Below are positions 7,396-16,172 of a DNA stretch of 64,000 bases, piece by piece. The first letter of the stretch is position 1. The number at the start of each line of letters is the position of its first letter. A program made the position numbers and the translations under genes. The DNA is from an uncultured Candidatus Saccharibacteria bacterium (GTDB lineage: Bacteria; Patescibacteriota; Doudnabacteria; UBA920), in assembly GCA_964474825.1 (NCBI GenBank), contig CAYYWQ010000001.1, positions 65,420 through 129,419 on the forward strand, read 5' to 3'. The notes beneath the pieces were generated by a model. It saw only the letters and a program-made list of their open reading frames with translations. It ran no database searches and was not told the DNA's origin.

Positions 7396-10368
7396 CTAGT
7401 AGTCCTTGAATTTTTCTTTGTATGCTTTTAATGCGTCTGGAATTTTCAAATCAACAATTTTTTTGTTGTTCCTGTCGGCAATTATCAATTTATCATTTTT
7501 ACTAACCGTTCCAATTTTGGCAAAAATATTTCCGGACATTGCGGATTCAAAAGCTTCGGCGTTTTTTGGGTCAACGGTTACTAAGATTCTTCCCTGGCTT
7601 TCGGAAAATAGTGCTTGGTAGTTTTCTTCCCACTTGCCTGGCAAGTCAGTAAAATTAATTTCGCCCCCAAGTCCGCCACCAGCCAAAGTTTTGATAAGCG
7701 CTGTAATTAAGCCACCACGGGTAATGGATATAGAAGAGGCGATTAAATCTTTTTGTATTGCGTTAAATACAGATTTATATAGTCGGTAGTTTTCTGCGGC
7801 GTCTACAGAAGGAACAGTTACTTCTAGTTGTGAGTCGTTAGTTTCTAGTTGCATGTTATTGTATTCGCTACCGCTAAGTTCATTGTTTGTTTTTCCTAAA
7901 ATATAAATAACATCGCCCGGCATTTTGGCGTCTAGGGATACTGTTTTGTTTACATCCGGCACAACTCCTATAGCTGAAATTAAAAGTGTCGGGGGAATGG
8001 AAATTTTTATGCTTTTGCCGTCTTTGTCAAACCCTTTAAAGTCGTTATACATACTGTCTTTGCCGGAAATAAAAGGGGTGCCAAAAGTGGTGGCGTAGTC
8101 AAAACAGGCACGCGCCGCTTCCTTAAGTTGCCAAAGCCTTTGCGGGTCTTCTGGGCTGCACCAGCAAAAGTTGTCTAATAGAGCCAGGTAGTCCACGTCT
8201 GCGCCCGCGACAACTGCGTTTCTAATTGCGGTGTCTATTGAGGCAGCTGCCATTTTGTAAGGGTCCAGTTCGCTGTAGGAAGGATACATTCCATAAGAAA
8301 GTATCACGCCTTTTTTGGAGGTAAGAATTGGACGGGTAACAGTAGCGTCTGCGTTTATTCTTCCGCGCCCTTGAAGTGGTTTTAAAACAGAGCCAGCCTG
8401 AACTTCATGGTCGTATTGGGTGTTAACAAAGTCAGTGGAGGTAATGTTCAGGCGGCTTAACAAATTCAAGATTCTAGATTCTAGATTCAAGATTTTTCTT
8501 TGGGGAACTGTTACATGTTTCGTGTTGCGTGTTACATGTTTCGTGTTTTGCTGCTTAATCGGCCTGCCGTTATGCAAAAATTCCATTTCTAAATCTAGGA
8601 CTGTTTGGTTTTTAAATTTAACCACGCATTTTCCGTCTTTGGTAAACTTGCCAATTGTTGTAGATTCCACCCCACGTTTCTTCATCAGCGCAAAAAATTC
8701 TTTCCATTTTTTTGGTGGTACTGCAAAAATCATTCTTTCCTGGGACTCTGAAATCCAAATTTGCCATGGGGCAAGGCCGGGGTATTTTAAAGGAACTTTA
8801 TCGAGCTCAACAACGCATCCGCCGGATTGCGTAGCCATTTCGCCAACAGCACTGGAAAGTCCGCCGGCGCCACAATCGGTTATAGAAGAATACAAGCCTT
8901 TGTCCCGTGCTTCTTTTACAATTGCGTCGCTAAGTTTTTTTTGAGTAATTGGGTCACCAATTTGTACGGCTGTGGCTGGGCTGTGGGAGTCTAAAGTCTC
9001 AGAAGAAAAAGTGGCGCCGTGAATTCCGTCTGCCCCAACTCGGCCTCCGGCTACAACTATTAAATCTCCAGCTTTGGTTTGTTTTACCCAGGAAGGCTTT
9101 CCTTTTATAGAGCGGGGGATTAGGCCAACAGTTCCGGCAAACACCAAAGGCTTTCCTTGGTAGCGGGAGTCAAAATACAAAAAGCCAGAGTTAGTAGGAA
9201 TGCCGCTTTGGTTGCCGCCAGCGTTAATGCCGGAAATTACGCCTTCAAATATTTTACGCGCGGAAAGCATTGGCCGCGTTAATTCTTTGTCCCTATACAA
9301 AACAGTCTTGTCCTGCGGATCTGCAAAGCAAAAACCAAATGTGTTAATAATCGGTTTTGCTCCTAAACCAAAACCCAAGCAGTCCCGGTTAACGCCAACT
9401 ATGCCGGTAATGGCTCCGCCAAAAGGGTCCAGTGCTGAAGGTGTGTTATGAGTTTCTACTTTGTGGGTAATAATATTGTCTTTGTCAAAAACTATACCAC
9501 CGGCATTGTCTGTAAACACGGAAACACAAAAATCTTTTCGTCCTTTTTGTTTGCGTATGGCCTGCGTTGCGCCTTTTATAAAAGTTTTGTAAAGACCTTG
9601 CTGTAAATTATCAATCGGATCTGCAAAAATTGTGTGCTTGCAGTGTTCGCTCCAGGTTTGGGCCAGGGTTTCTATTTCTACGTCGGTTGGCTTACGGCCG
9701 AGCTTGTTAAAGTAATTGCGAATAACTAATAAATAATCCAAACTTAAAGATAGGGGACCGCGGCGGGTACCGTCACTATCTGCAATTCCCAACTTCCCCA
9801 ATTTCGCCAGTTCATCATCTTTAACATTTAAATCCACCCTGCTTACTTTAGTGGAAGCTGTTAGTTTTACTTTTGGTGCGACTAAATCCATTCCGCTGTC
9901 CTGCTTAAAATTAGCAAAAGATTTTAAAGAAGCGCGCTGAATGAGTGGGTTGTATAAACTGTTTTTTATTTTTTCAATTTCGATACGTGTCACGCCGCCT
10001 GAAATAAAAAACACCTGGGACGTGTAAACGTGTTGTCCAGATGTGAATTTCACTCTTGCTCCATCTTCCAAAGTTTCTTTGGCCGTGCTGCCAACGTTGT
10101 CTGTAACTCCGGGTAGGTAGCCTATTTCAATTGCGTAATCAAATTTGCGTGGTGCGTCTAGAGTTACAGAAGCTTTCTCTATAATTGGGTTGGCGAGAAG
10201 CGCCTGAGCCTTTTCTATTTGCTGTTTGTTTAGCTTGGTGTCTATGGTATAACAGTCCGCTACCCACACTGCTCCCAATTTGCTTTTGAGTCCCAAGCTT
10301 TCGAAATATTTTTTCTTAGCCTGGCCTCTGGTGTCGGGGATTGTGGGCTGAATATATAGACGGAGCAT
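7396..10368 (-). CDS. purL: FGAM synthase synthetase subunit, long form with N-terminal PurS-like extension
   Basis: QTWSEHCKH, KVETHNTPS, SESQERM and SGKDSMYN motifs; 990 aa. Confidence 0.96.
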   Translation of the reverse strand: MLRLYIQPTIPDTRGQAKKKYFESLGLKSKLGAVWVADCYTIDTKLNKQQIEKAQALLANPIIEKASVTLDAPRKFDYAIEIGYLPGVTDNVGSTAKETLEDGARVKFTSGQHVYTSQVFFISGGVTRIEIEKIKNSLYNPLIQRASLKSFANFKQDSGMDLVAPKVKLTASTKVSRVDLNVKDDELAKLGKLGIADSDGTRRGPLSLSLDYLLVIRNYFNKLGRKPTDVEIETLAQTWSEHCKHTIFADPIDNLQQGLYKTFIKGATQAIRKQKGRKDFCVSVFTDNAGGIVFDKDNIITHKVETHNTPSALDPFGGAITGIVGVNRDCLGFGLGAKPIINTFGFCFADPQDKTVLYRDKELTRPMLSARKIFEGVISGINAGGNQSGIPTNSGFLYFDSRYQGKPLVFAGTVGLIPRSIKGKPSWVKQTKAGDLIVVAGGRVGADGIHGATFSSETLDSHSPATAVQIGDPITQKKLSDAIVKEARDKGLYSSITDCGAGGLSSAVGEMATQSGGCVVELDKVPLKYPGLAPWQIWISESQERMIFAVPPKKWKEFFALMKKRGVESTTIGKFTKDGKCVVKFKNQTVLDLEMEFLHNGRPIKQQNTKHVTRNTKHVTVPQRKILNLESRILNLLSRLNITSTDFVNTQYDHEVQAGSVLKPLQGRGRINADATVTRPILTSKKGVILSYGMYPSYSELDPYKMAAASIDTAIRNAVVAGADVDYLALLDNFCWCSPEDPQRLWQLKEAARACFDYATTFGTPFISGKDSMYNDFKGFDKDGKSIKISIPPTLLISAIGVVPDVNKTVSLDAKMPGDVIYILGKTNNELSGSEYNNMQLETNDSQLEVTVPSVDAAENYRLYKSVFNAIQKDLIASSISITRGGLITALIKTLAGGGLGGEINFTDLPGKWEENYQALFSESQGRILVTVDPKNAEAFESAMSGNIFAKIGTVSKNDKLIIADRNNKKIVDLKIPDALKAYKEKFKDY

Positions 10369-10410
10369 TATTAGGTGTTAGCTATTAGCTTTTAGGTGTT
10401 AGGAAGGGTA

Positions 10411-10449
10411 GAAAATAAAAATATCTTCCAAAAATGAGGGGTGGAAGAT
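10411..10449 (-). terminator. Intrinsic terminator about 40 nt upstream of purL
   Basis: 8-bp stem ATCTTCCA/TGGAAGAT followed by ATTTTTATTTTC on the minus strand. Confidence 0.6.
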
Positions 10450-10933
10450 GAGGTTGATTTTGCTAGTTTCTGCCAATTTCTCAGCGCGTCTGTTACCCGC
10501 AGTCTAGCAGGAAAATTGGGTCTGGTCAAATTTGATAGGGATAGGGAGGTGAGACTTGCCTTGACCTCCCTGTGTTTGTTTATCGCGTTTCATCAGAGCT
10601 GATCCTTTTCCCTTCTGCAAGTCTGCTTTAAGACCGGTTCCCGTGGGGATCCGGACCGGTTTGGGAATAAGTCTCGAAGTGCCGCATAGGGCGGTCTGGG
10701 GCGTAGAAAGCGCGCGGCTAGAAGTATTGTAGACTTTGCGGCAAAGCCTAGAATTCTTTGTTGCCAGTCGGCTTCCAGAGGCCAAAACCCCTCCTTGGGG
10801 GTTGAGTTGGTGGCTGCTGGGACTAAGCGACGCCGAGCAGCCGAGGAATCTTGGGCAACCAGTTATAGCAAAGCCTGTTGGCCAAGAAAACTAGAAATCC
10901 GCATCCTGCAAGTTGAACAGAGGACGGTTCCAT
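10411..10933 (-). ncRNA. Candidate large multibranched structured RNA (~520 nt), family unrecognised
   Basis: TATACT at 10940-10945; closing stem 10878-10899 with 10456-10476; several internal hairpins; terminator; no convincing long ORF. Confidence 0.55.
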
Positions 10934-10959
10934 AAATAGAGTATATAACAAATTTAGAA

Positions 10960-11339
10960 AAAATAAAAAACTCCCAAAAAGAAAAAATGGGGAGGGTGTA
11001 ATACAATATCAGCCGGACCCGTTTTAATCTGCGTACCTTATTTTTTACCAAAAATGAGGAGCCCGGAGAAGAGCTCTTGTAACGGTTAGTTGCAAGGGCA
11101 TTGCCCTTCTCCGGGGGTTTAAAACGGGGGCAAACAAAATAGCAGTAAGTTCTTAGCAGTGAAAGCGCCGTCCCGTTACGGCGCTGCGGGGTCCTACAAC
11201 CTTCCGGTTTGCATTTTTAGATCATCCAGCGCGCAGTTGCAAACCGAAAGGCCTGGGTCATTGGCCTTCCTCCTTCTTTTGGATTGTTCGTGTTTCCTCC
11301 CTTTCGGAAGGCGAACGGTTGGCCTAACGTCAGCCATCT
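10960..11339 (-). ncRNA. Candidate structured RNA (~380 nt) with a 14-aa SD-led uORF, family unrecognised
   Basis: TTGACA-16-TATACT promoter; GAAA tetraloop hairpin; 14-bp stem 11200-11213/11238-11251; nested CCCGTTTTAA and CCCGGAGAAG stems; CTCCC/GGGAG plus U-tract terminator. Confidence 0.55.
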
Positions 11340-11345
11340 AACGAT

Positions 11346-11373
11346 AGTATAAGTATTTTTAAAAAAGTGTCAA
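11346..11373 (-). promoter_or_regulatory. Sigma70-type promoter
   Basis: TTGACA (11368-11373), 16-bp spacer, TATACT (11346-11351). Confidence 0.75.
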
Positions 11374-11545
11374 TAAAAAATTTTACAAAAGAAAAACCGA
11401 ACAGTGGTTCTTTGTTGAACGGCGTCCTTGCGGATGCTGAAAAACAAAAAAGTTGTTCGGATTTTCTTCGGGAGGAAAATGTAAGAATTAGGAACCGGCC
11501 CGCGGGGGCCGGGTGTTTCAGTGACTGCAACTGCGATCTGCGTTC

Positions 11546-11674
11546 CTAGCTGACGTCGCCGGTCGAATTGCTGGCTTCCACAGTGAAAACCGAGATGCTC
11601 GTGGCGCCGGCGGTGTCGGCCTTGTAGTTCCAGCGGTTGTGGCCCATGTTGTTGCGATTGTTGCGTTTCTTCAT
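11546..11674 (-). CDS. Small 42-aa peptide MKKRNNRNNMGHNRWNYKADTAGATSISVFTVEASNSTGDVS (below the ORF-track cutoff)
   Basis: AGAGG SD before ATG; GC3-rich codons; own promoter and terminator-like 3' structure. Confidence 0.55.
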   Translation of the reverse strand: MKKRNNRNNMGHNRWNYKADTAGATSISVFTVEASNSTGDVS

Positions 11675-11793
11675 TTGGTTTCCTCTAATCGGACAAATTT
11701 CTCTCGAAGAACTAAATAGGTACTTGGGAGTACCAAAGTTTGCTCGGTGAAACCGAGCCTACTTTTTTTATTAGTCCTCCGATAGATGTTAGG

Positions 11794-11822
11794 ATTGTAT
11801 AAGACCCTAATTTTTTTGTCAA
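11794..11822 (-). promoter_or_regulatory. Sigma70-type promoter
   Basis: TTGACA (11817-11822), 17-bp spacer, TACAAT (11794-11799). Confidence 0.75.
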
Positions 11823-12018
11823 ATTTTTTCTCTAGAATATGGGGAGTTTTTATTTTTGCCTTAAATATGAGGGAATTTGTGTTTAATAAATTTTAGTAAA
11901 ATTTACATAACTAAAGTATTGCAAAATAATCCCCAAATTTGTCTTTAAAACTGGTCTGGGTCCCAGGTTAAGGCGTGTTATAATTATTGTGCTTATGTAA
12001 TCAAGCCGGAATAAATCT

Positions 12019-13134
12019 ATGCCACGACCTAAAATTTTTGAATCCTTTGACCTTTTAAACTCCGAAGAGGCCGGGCAAGAGGCGGAACAAAAGACTCCAC
12101 ATATAGAAAGAAACCCAAACGATTTAAGTTTAAGGAAATACATAGAGGCTTACGCTGTTTCTTTGCCGGCAATTGTCCGTAGTTTTCCCAGGGGTAATTT
12201 GGACATGCGCGCTTTGGAAGCCCACTATTGGGACAGGTTAAAAAAATACTATCCGTACGACGACTTTAAGGCGGTAAGAATTGAAAGCAAAGAAGAAATT
12301 GAGTTTATAAATACTGCTATTAAAATGATAGAGGGCTGGTTTTATAAAGGCCAATGGACTTCGTGTTTGGCACAGCCTAGTGAAGCAGAAATAAAAGAGG
12401 CTTTAGAAGGGCGGCAAAATAATTTTTTACAAAAAGTTAGGGCGAATAAGCAAATTCCAAATTTGGGAAGGGATCGCAAAGGAGTTAGGCTTCCTCCAAT
12501 GCCCGATATTTACGAAGATGCGCAATTCTCTAAGGATTTGCCGCAAGTTTACAGGGAACATGCTTTTAAATTTTTTCACAGTCCGGCCGCGGTAATGAAT
12601 ACTCTGACTAAAGTTGAAACAGTAAGGAAAGTTGAAGTTAATGACGCGGCTTTCTTAAATTTAATTACCTCTGCCCAAAACCACGCAGAGAGCAAGTTGG
12701 CCGAGTGGTCAAAGTCTCATAAGGGTAATGCTGTAACATCAAACGATGCTGAAATATTAAGGCAGTCCGGGAGAGTAATGAAGATGGAGCCGGGGTACAT
12801 TAGGCATAACCCTAGAAATAAATTTAAGCGCGAGTTGTTTTTTATGAAAACTTGTATGGCTGGCGCTGAACTTATGAGAAGGTCAAATACTGAAAATGGC
12901 GAATTAACATTGGATAATTTTGAAGGCATTATGGATTTGTTAAAGCAAGAAATGGCAAGAGCAAAAGAAGAAGGAAGGGATCCTAACTACCTTCCTATGG
13001 ATTTTGCCGGGGGAGATGGAAAAGAAAAACCTTATAGCCAATCAAGTTCATTGCATGTAAATACAAAAGAGCTACCAATTGCTTTAATGGCTGTAGACTA
13101 TTTACGGCAAAAAAATATGGCTGTCAAAAGATAA
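12019..13134 (+). CDS. Hypothetical protein (371 aa)
   Basis: Long ORF with native-looking codon usage; TGTTATAAT upstream; hairpin AATCCC/GGGATT after the stop. Confidence 0.8.
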   Translation: MPRPKIFESFDLLNSEEAGQEAEQKTPHIERNPNDLSLRKYIEAYAVSLPAIVRSFPRGNLDMRALEAHYWDRLKKYYPYDDFKAVRIESKEEIEFINTAIKMIEGWFYKGQWTSCLAQPSEAEIKEALEGRQNNFLQKVRANKQIPNLGRDRKGVRLPPMPDIYEDAQFSKDLPQVYREHAFKFFHSPAAVMNTLTKVETVRKVEVNDAAFLNLITSAQNHAESKLAEWSKSHKGNAVTSNDAEILRQSGRVMKMEPGYIRHNPRNKFKRELFFMKTCMAGAELMRRSNTENGELTLDNFEGIMDLLKQEMARAKEEGRDPNYLPMDFAGGDGKEKPYSQSSSLHVNTKELPIALMAVDYLRQKNMAVKR

Positions 13135-13287
13135 TAAAAAAATCCCTAAAAAGGGATTATTCGCCTTGGCTATGACTGAGACGGATTTTTTTATGAAATA
13201 AATAATAAAGGGAGTGGCGGCTCCCGGGGCGGGACAGTTGTCTTGCGACAAAAGTCCGCCGTTCGTTAGCCGCCACATATGCGGTCG

Positions 13288-13674
13288 TTAAATCCCGTCC
13301 CAAGACAGGGGTAACGACCGGAACGACTTTCCTCCGCAGAAGAGATCGCGGAGGAGGTCTTCCACTAGGAGTGGTGCCCGCCAGAAATCCTGGTCGGGAA
13401 ACCCAGGTGGATGTAGGTTCGGCCCCGCATCGTATGATGCAAGTATCACCCTAGTGTCGTGCCACGAGACGTGGTCGATGATCGGGGACAGCTCCTGCAT
13501 CGTCATCGCGCGAGGCGGGGTGAAGAATGCTGTTGTGGTTTGCCCGGGCGCAAGAGTCGGCCCGGACAGAGACATTTGTCCCGACAAGGGCGGGGCGATG
13601 TCATAGGTTGAAATGAATCCTACGGCTAGGCCGTAGAACATCATTCCGGCAATCAAAGTAACCACTCGGCCCAT
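13288..13674 (-). CDS. Orphan GC-rich protein with an N-terminal TM/signal segment
   Basis: AAGGAGAAGG SD before MGRVVTL; GC-rich branched 3' hairpin GTGGCGGCT..AGCCGCCAC. Confidence 0.55.
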   Translation of the reverse strand: MGRVVTLIAGMMFYGLAVGFISTYDIAPPLSGQMSLSGPTLAPGQTTTAFFTPPRAMTMQELSPIIDHVSWHDTRVILASYDAGPNLHPPGFPDQDFWRAPLLVEDLLRDLFCGGKSFRSLPLSWDGI

Positions 13675-13873
13675 TTCCTTCTCCTTATGCAAAGCATCCG
13701 AACGATGCCTATAGTATCTGCCCCTCCTACGATTTGGGGGTCAAGATATTAAAAGTATAGAGGAAAAAGAAAAAAATATAAATATGTTGTAATTAAGGCA
13801 AATGATATTCAAAAGGCTTTGCAAAGGTTTGTTTTAAAATGCTACAATTGGGAAAATTCACGAAGGTTTTCCA

Positions 13874-14053
13874 ATGAAAGTTCGTCTGAAAATCGGGCGG
13901 AAAAAGAAGCCGCTCAAGCCGTCCCCGCCTGAGCCACCAAAGCCCGAGCCCCATTGTCCTCCTGCGACGCAGGATTGGGCAAAGGCCAACGAAAGGGCAA
14001 GGCGAGGCAAGGAGCCCGATGTTTTTTCACTATTTACGAAACGGCTGAAATGA
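13874..14053 (+). CDS. Orphan basic, Pro-rich 59-aa protein (MKVRLKIGRKKKPLKPSPPEPPKPEP...), not in the ORF track
   Basis: TTGCAA..TGCTACAAT promoter, GAAGG before ATG, GGCGG..CCGCC plus T-tract terminator. Confidence 0.55.
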   Translation: MKVRLKIGRKKKPLKPSPPEPPKPEPHCPPATQDWAKANERARRGKEPDVFSLFTKRLK

Positions 14054-14201
14054 GGTCCGTCCTCTATTTCTGTCCCGGCGGCCCATGATGGTCCGCCTTT
14101 TTCTTTTGTAATATTTTTTACTCTTGACCAAATATTTTTTTTGTTCAAAAATTAACCTACTGGCGCTACGGGCGCCAAATTCACTCCCAAGAGGAGGAGA
14201 C

Positions 14202-14567
14202 GTGAAGAAGTTCATTTTTCAAGTTTGGGAAAATTCCAAACTTCGCAATTGGGCGTACACCCTGGCATTTCTGCTAATCGTGCCAGTCGGTGGGCGATTC
14301 TCCTGGTTCGCGTGGCAGCACGGAAACGGGCTGGATCGCTTTCTGGTGATCGTCACCGGCCTGGTCATGGGCGCTCTGGCGTCGGTGACGCTTTATCGTT
14401 TCTGGCAGGTGTTGCCAGTTGCGACTTCGCCAGAAAAGCCGGTCGACTTCCCGCCGATGTCCGAGGAATTCGATGTGCTTTCGGACTTGGACAGGAGCAA
14501 CGTGCACAATCGTCTGATTGCACGTGATGCAGCCGCTCTGGGCTGGCCAGCACAACGGGTTCATTAG
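14202..14567 (+). CDS. Orphan GC-rich two-TM membrane protein
   Basis: GAGGAGG SD before GTG at 14202; TTGACC-led promoter-like sequence; GGCGGGG..CCTCGCC plus T-tract terminator. Confidence 0.65.
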   Translation: MKKFIFQVWENSKLRNWAYTLAFLLIVPVGGRFSWFAWQHGNGLDRFLVIVTGLVMGALASVTLYRFWQVLPVATSPEKPVDFPPMSEEFDVLSDLDRSNVHNRLIARDAAALGWPAQRVH

Positions 14568-14671
14568 TTGAACGCCGCCGGCGGGGGACACCAAACCTCG
14601 CCTTTTTCTTTTGGCTGTGAAAAGCTATAATGAAGTTAAGGGTTTACGGTATTAGTTAGCAAGGCGCATAT

Positions 14672-15379
14672 ATGAGGAATAAAATTAAATTAGCTATATT
14701 TGACATAGACGGCACAATATTCCGTTCGTCTTTGGTTATTGAGCTTAGTCATGCTTTAGTAGAGGCCGGGGTTTTTCCGGCATCGGCAAAAAAAGAAATT
14801 GCTAAGGAATATTTGGCATGGCTGGACAGGAAGGGGAGTTATGAGGCTTACATAAACAAAGTTGTAAAAATTTATGTTAAGCACATTGGCGGCCAGAATT
14901 TTACCCAGGTTAAAAAAATTGCCCAGGAAGTCATTCATTTTCAAAAAGACAGGGTTTATAGGTTTACGCGCGACTTAATAAAAAAATTAAAACATCAAAA
15001 TTATTTCTTAGTGGCTATTTCCGGCTCTCCTTCTTATATAGTAGGAAGCTATGCCAAAGCTATTGGCTTTAATTTATTTTTTGGCACAGAGTTGGAAGTC
15101 AAGAACGGGAAATTTACAGGCAAGGCCGTAAGTTTAGACAGCGCTTACAACAAGGCAAAAATAGTTAAGAGTTTGGTAAAAAAATATAACATTAGCTTAA
15201 AAGAATCCATTGCCGTGGGAGACACTGAGAGCGACGTTCCCATGCTAAAGTTAGTTGGCAAGCCTATGGCGTTTAACCCTAATTTGCAATTAGCAAAGGC
15301 AGCACAACGTAACAAATGGGCTATTGTTGTTGAACGAAAAGACGTGATGTATGAAGTTAAGAATTTTAAGCTACTTTAG
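14672..15379 (+). CDS. HAD-IB family hydrolase (SerB-like)
   Basis: FDIDGT, ISGS, VGDTESD and FNPN motifs. Confidence 0.9.
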   Translation: MRNKIKLAIFDIDGTIFRSSLVIELSHALVEAGVFPASAKKEIAKEYLAWLDRKGSYEAYINKVVKIYVKHIGGQNFTQVKKIAQEVIHFQKDRVYRFTRDLIKKLKHQNYFLVAISGSPSYIVGSYAKAIGFNLFFGTELEVKNGKFTGKAVSLDSAYNKAKIVKSLVKKYNISLKESIAVGDTESDVPMLKLVGKPMAFNPNLQLAKAAQRNKWAIVVERKDVMYEVKNFKLL

Positions 15380-15387
15380 ATTATCTT

Positions 15388-16125
15388 ATGACCATAACTT
15401 TAGCTATTCCTGCCTACAACGAAGAAAATTATATTGGTCCATGTCTGCAAAGCGTGCTTGCGGCCGCGCCGGACAATTTAATAGAGATTTTGGTTATTAA
15501 CAATGCCAGCACAGACAAAACTGCGGAAGTGGCAGCAAGCTTTGACCTCGTGCGGGTAATTAACGAACCGCTAAAAGGCTTGACCAGGGCCAGACAAAAG
15601 GCCCTTTTGGAAGCCAAAGGAGATTTGTTGGCTTTTGTGGACGCGGACAGTATAATGCCAAAAAAGTGGTTTGACGTTTTAAACCGAGAGTTCAAAAATA
15701 ATCCTGAGTTAATTTGTTTAAGCGGCCCTTATAGGTATTACGGCATAGAAAAAGTCAAAAATATTTTTGTGGCTTTTTGGTATAAAGTTTGGTTTATGAT
15801 CTGGTATGGTAGCGCGGATTTTTTTATTGCCTTCACCAGGGGTTATGTTGTTGTGGGCGGAAATTTTGTGGCCAAAAAGCAGGCATTGTGGGACATGGGA
15901 GGTTTTGACACAAAGATTGAATTTTACGGGGAAGATACAGACGTGGCCCGTCGGCTTAACAAGCTCGGGAAAATTAAATACGTTAAAGATTTTTGGATAA
16001 GAAGTTCCGCCAGGAGGTTTAACAATGAAGGCCTGGTCCTTACCGGTATTCGCTATTTGGCTAATTATATTTCCGTGATTTTTTTAAAAAAACCGGTGAC
16101 AAAAGGCTACAAGGACATTAGATAA
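15388..16125 (+). CDS. Glycosyltransferase family 2
   Basis: IPAYNEE, DAD, GGFD and GEDTD motifs. Confidence 0.92.
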   Translation: MTITLAIPAYNEENYIGPCLQSVLAAAPDNLIEILVINNASTDKTAEVAASFDLVRVINEPLKGLTRARQKALLEAKGDLLAFVDADSIMPKKWFDVLNREFKNNPELICLSGPYRYYGIEKVKNIFVAFWYKVWFMIWYGSADFFIAFTRGYVVVGGNFVAKKQALWDMGGFDTKIEFYGEDTDVARRLNKLGKIKYVKDFWIRSSARRFNNEGLVLTGIRYLANYISVIFLKKPVTKGYKDIR

Positions 16126-16172
16126 TATCTGACAACGAGTCAATAATCGAATATCGTGGTATAATTTAGGAG

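Noticed and set aside
10560-10605. CUGAUGA on the minus strand suggesting a hammerhead ribozyme
   Set aside because: No stem II followed by GAAA and no stem III at the required spacing
10755-10785. GACUGGC suggesting a ZTP (pfl) riboswitch upstream of pur genes
   Set aside because: The following GUGG..CCAC..GGGAG and 3' CGCCUGGGC elements were not found
10960-11339. tmRNA (similar size, short internal ORF)
   Set aside because: No tRNA-like acceptor or T-arm ends; the ORF is SD/AUG-led and does not end in Ala-Ala
10504-11549. ORF-track entries 10504..10785, 10863..11051, 11159..11341, 11330..11530 and 11367..11549
   Set aside because: No RBS, no recognisable protein features, and they cross predicted promoters, terminators or stems
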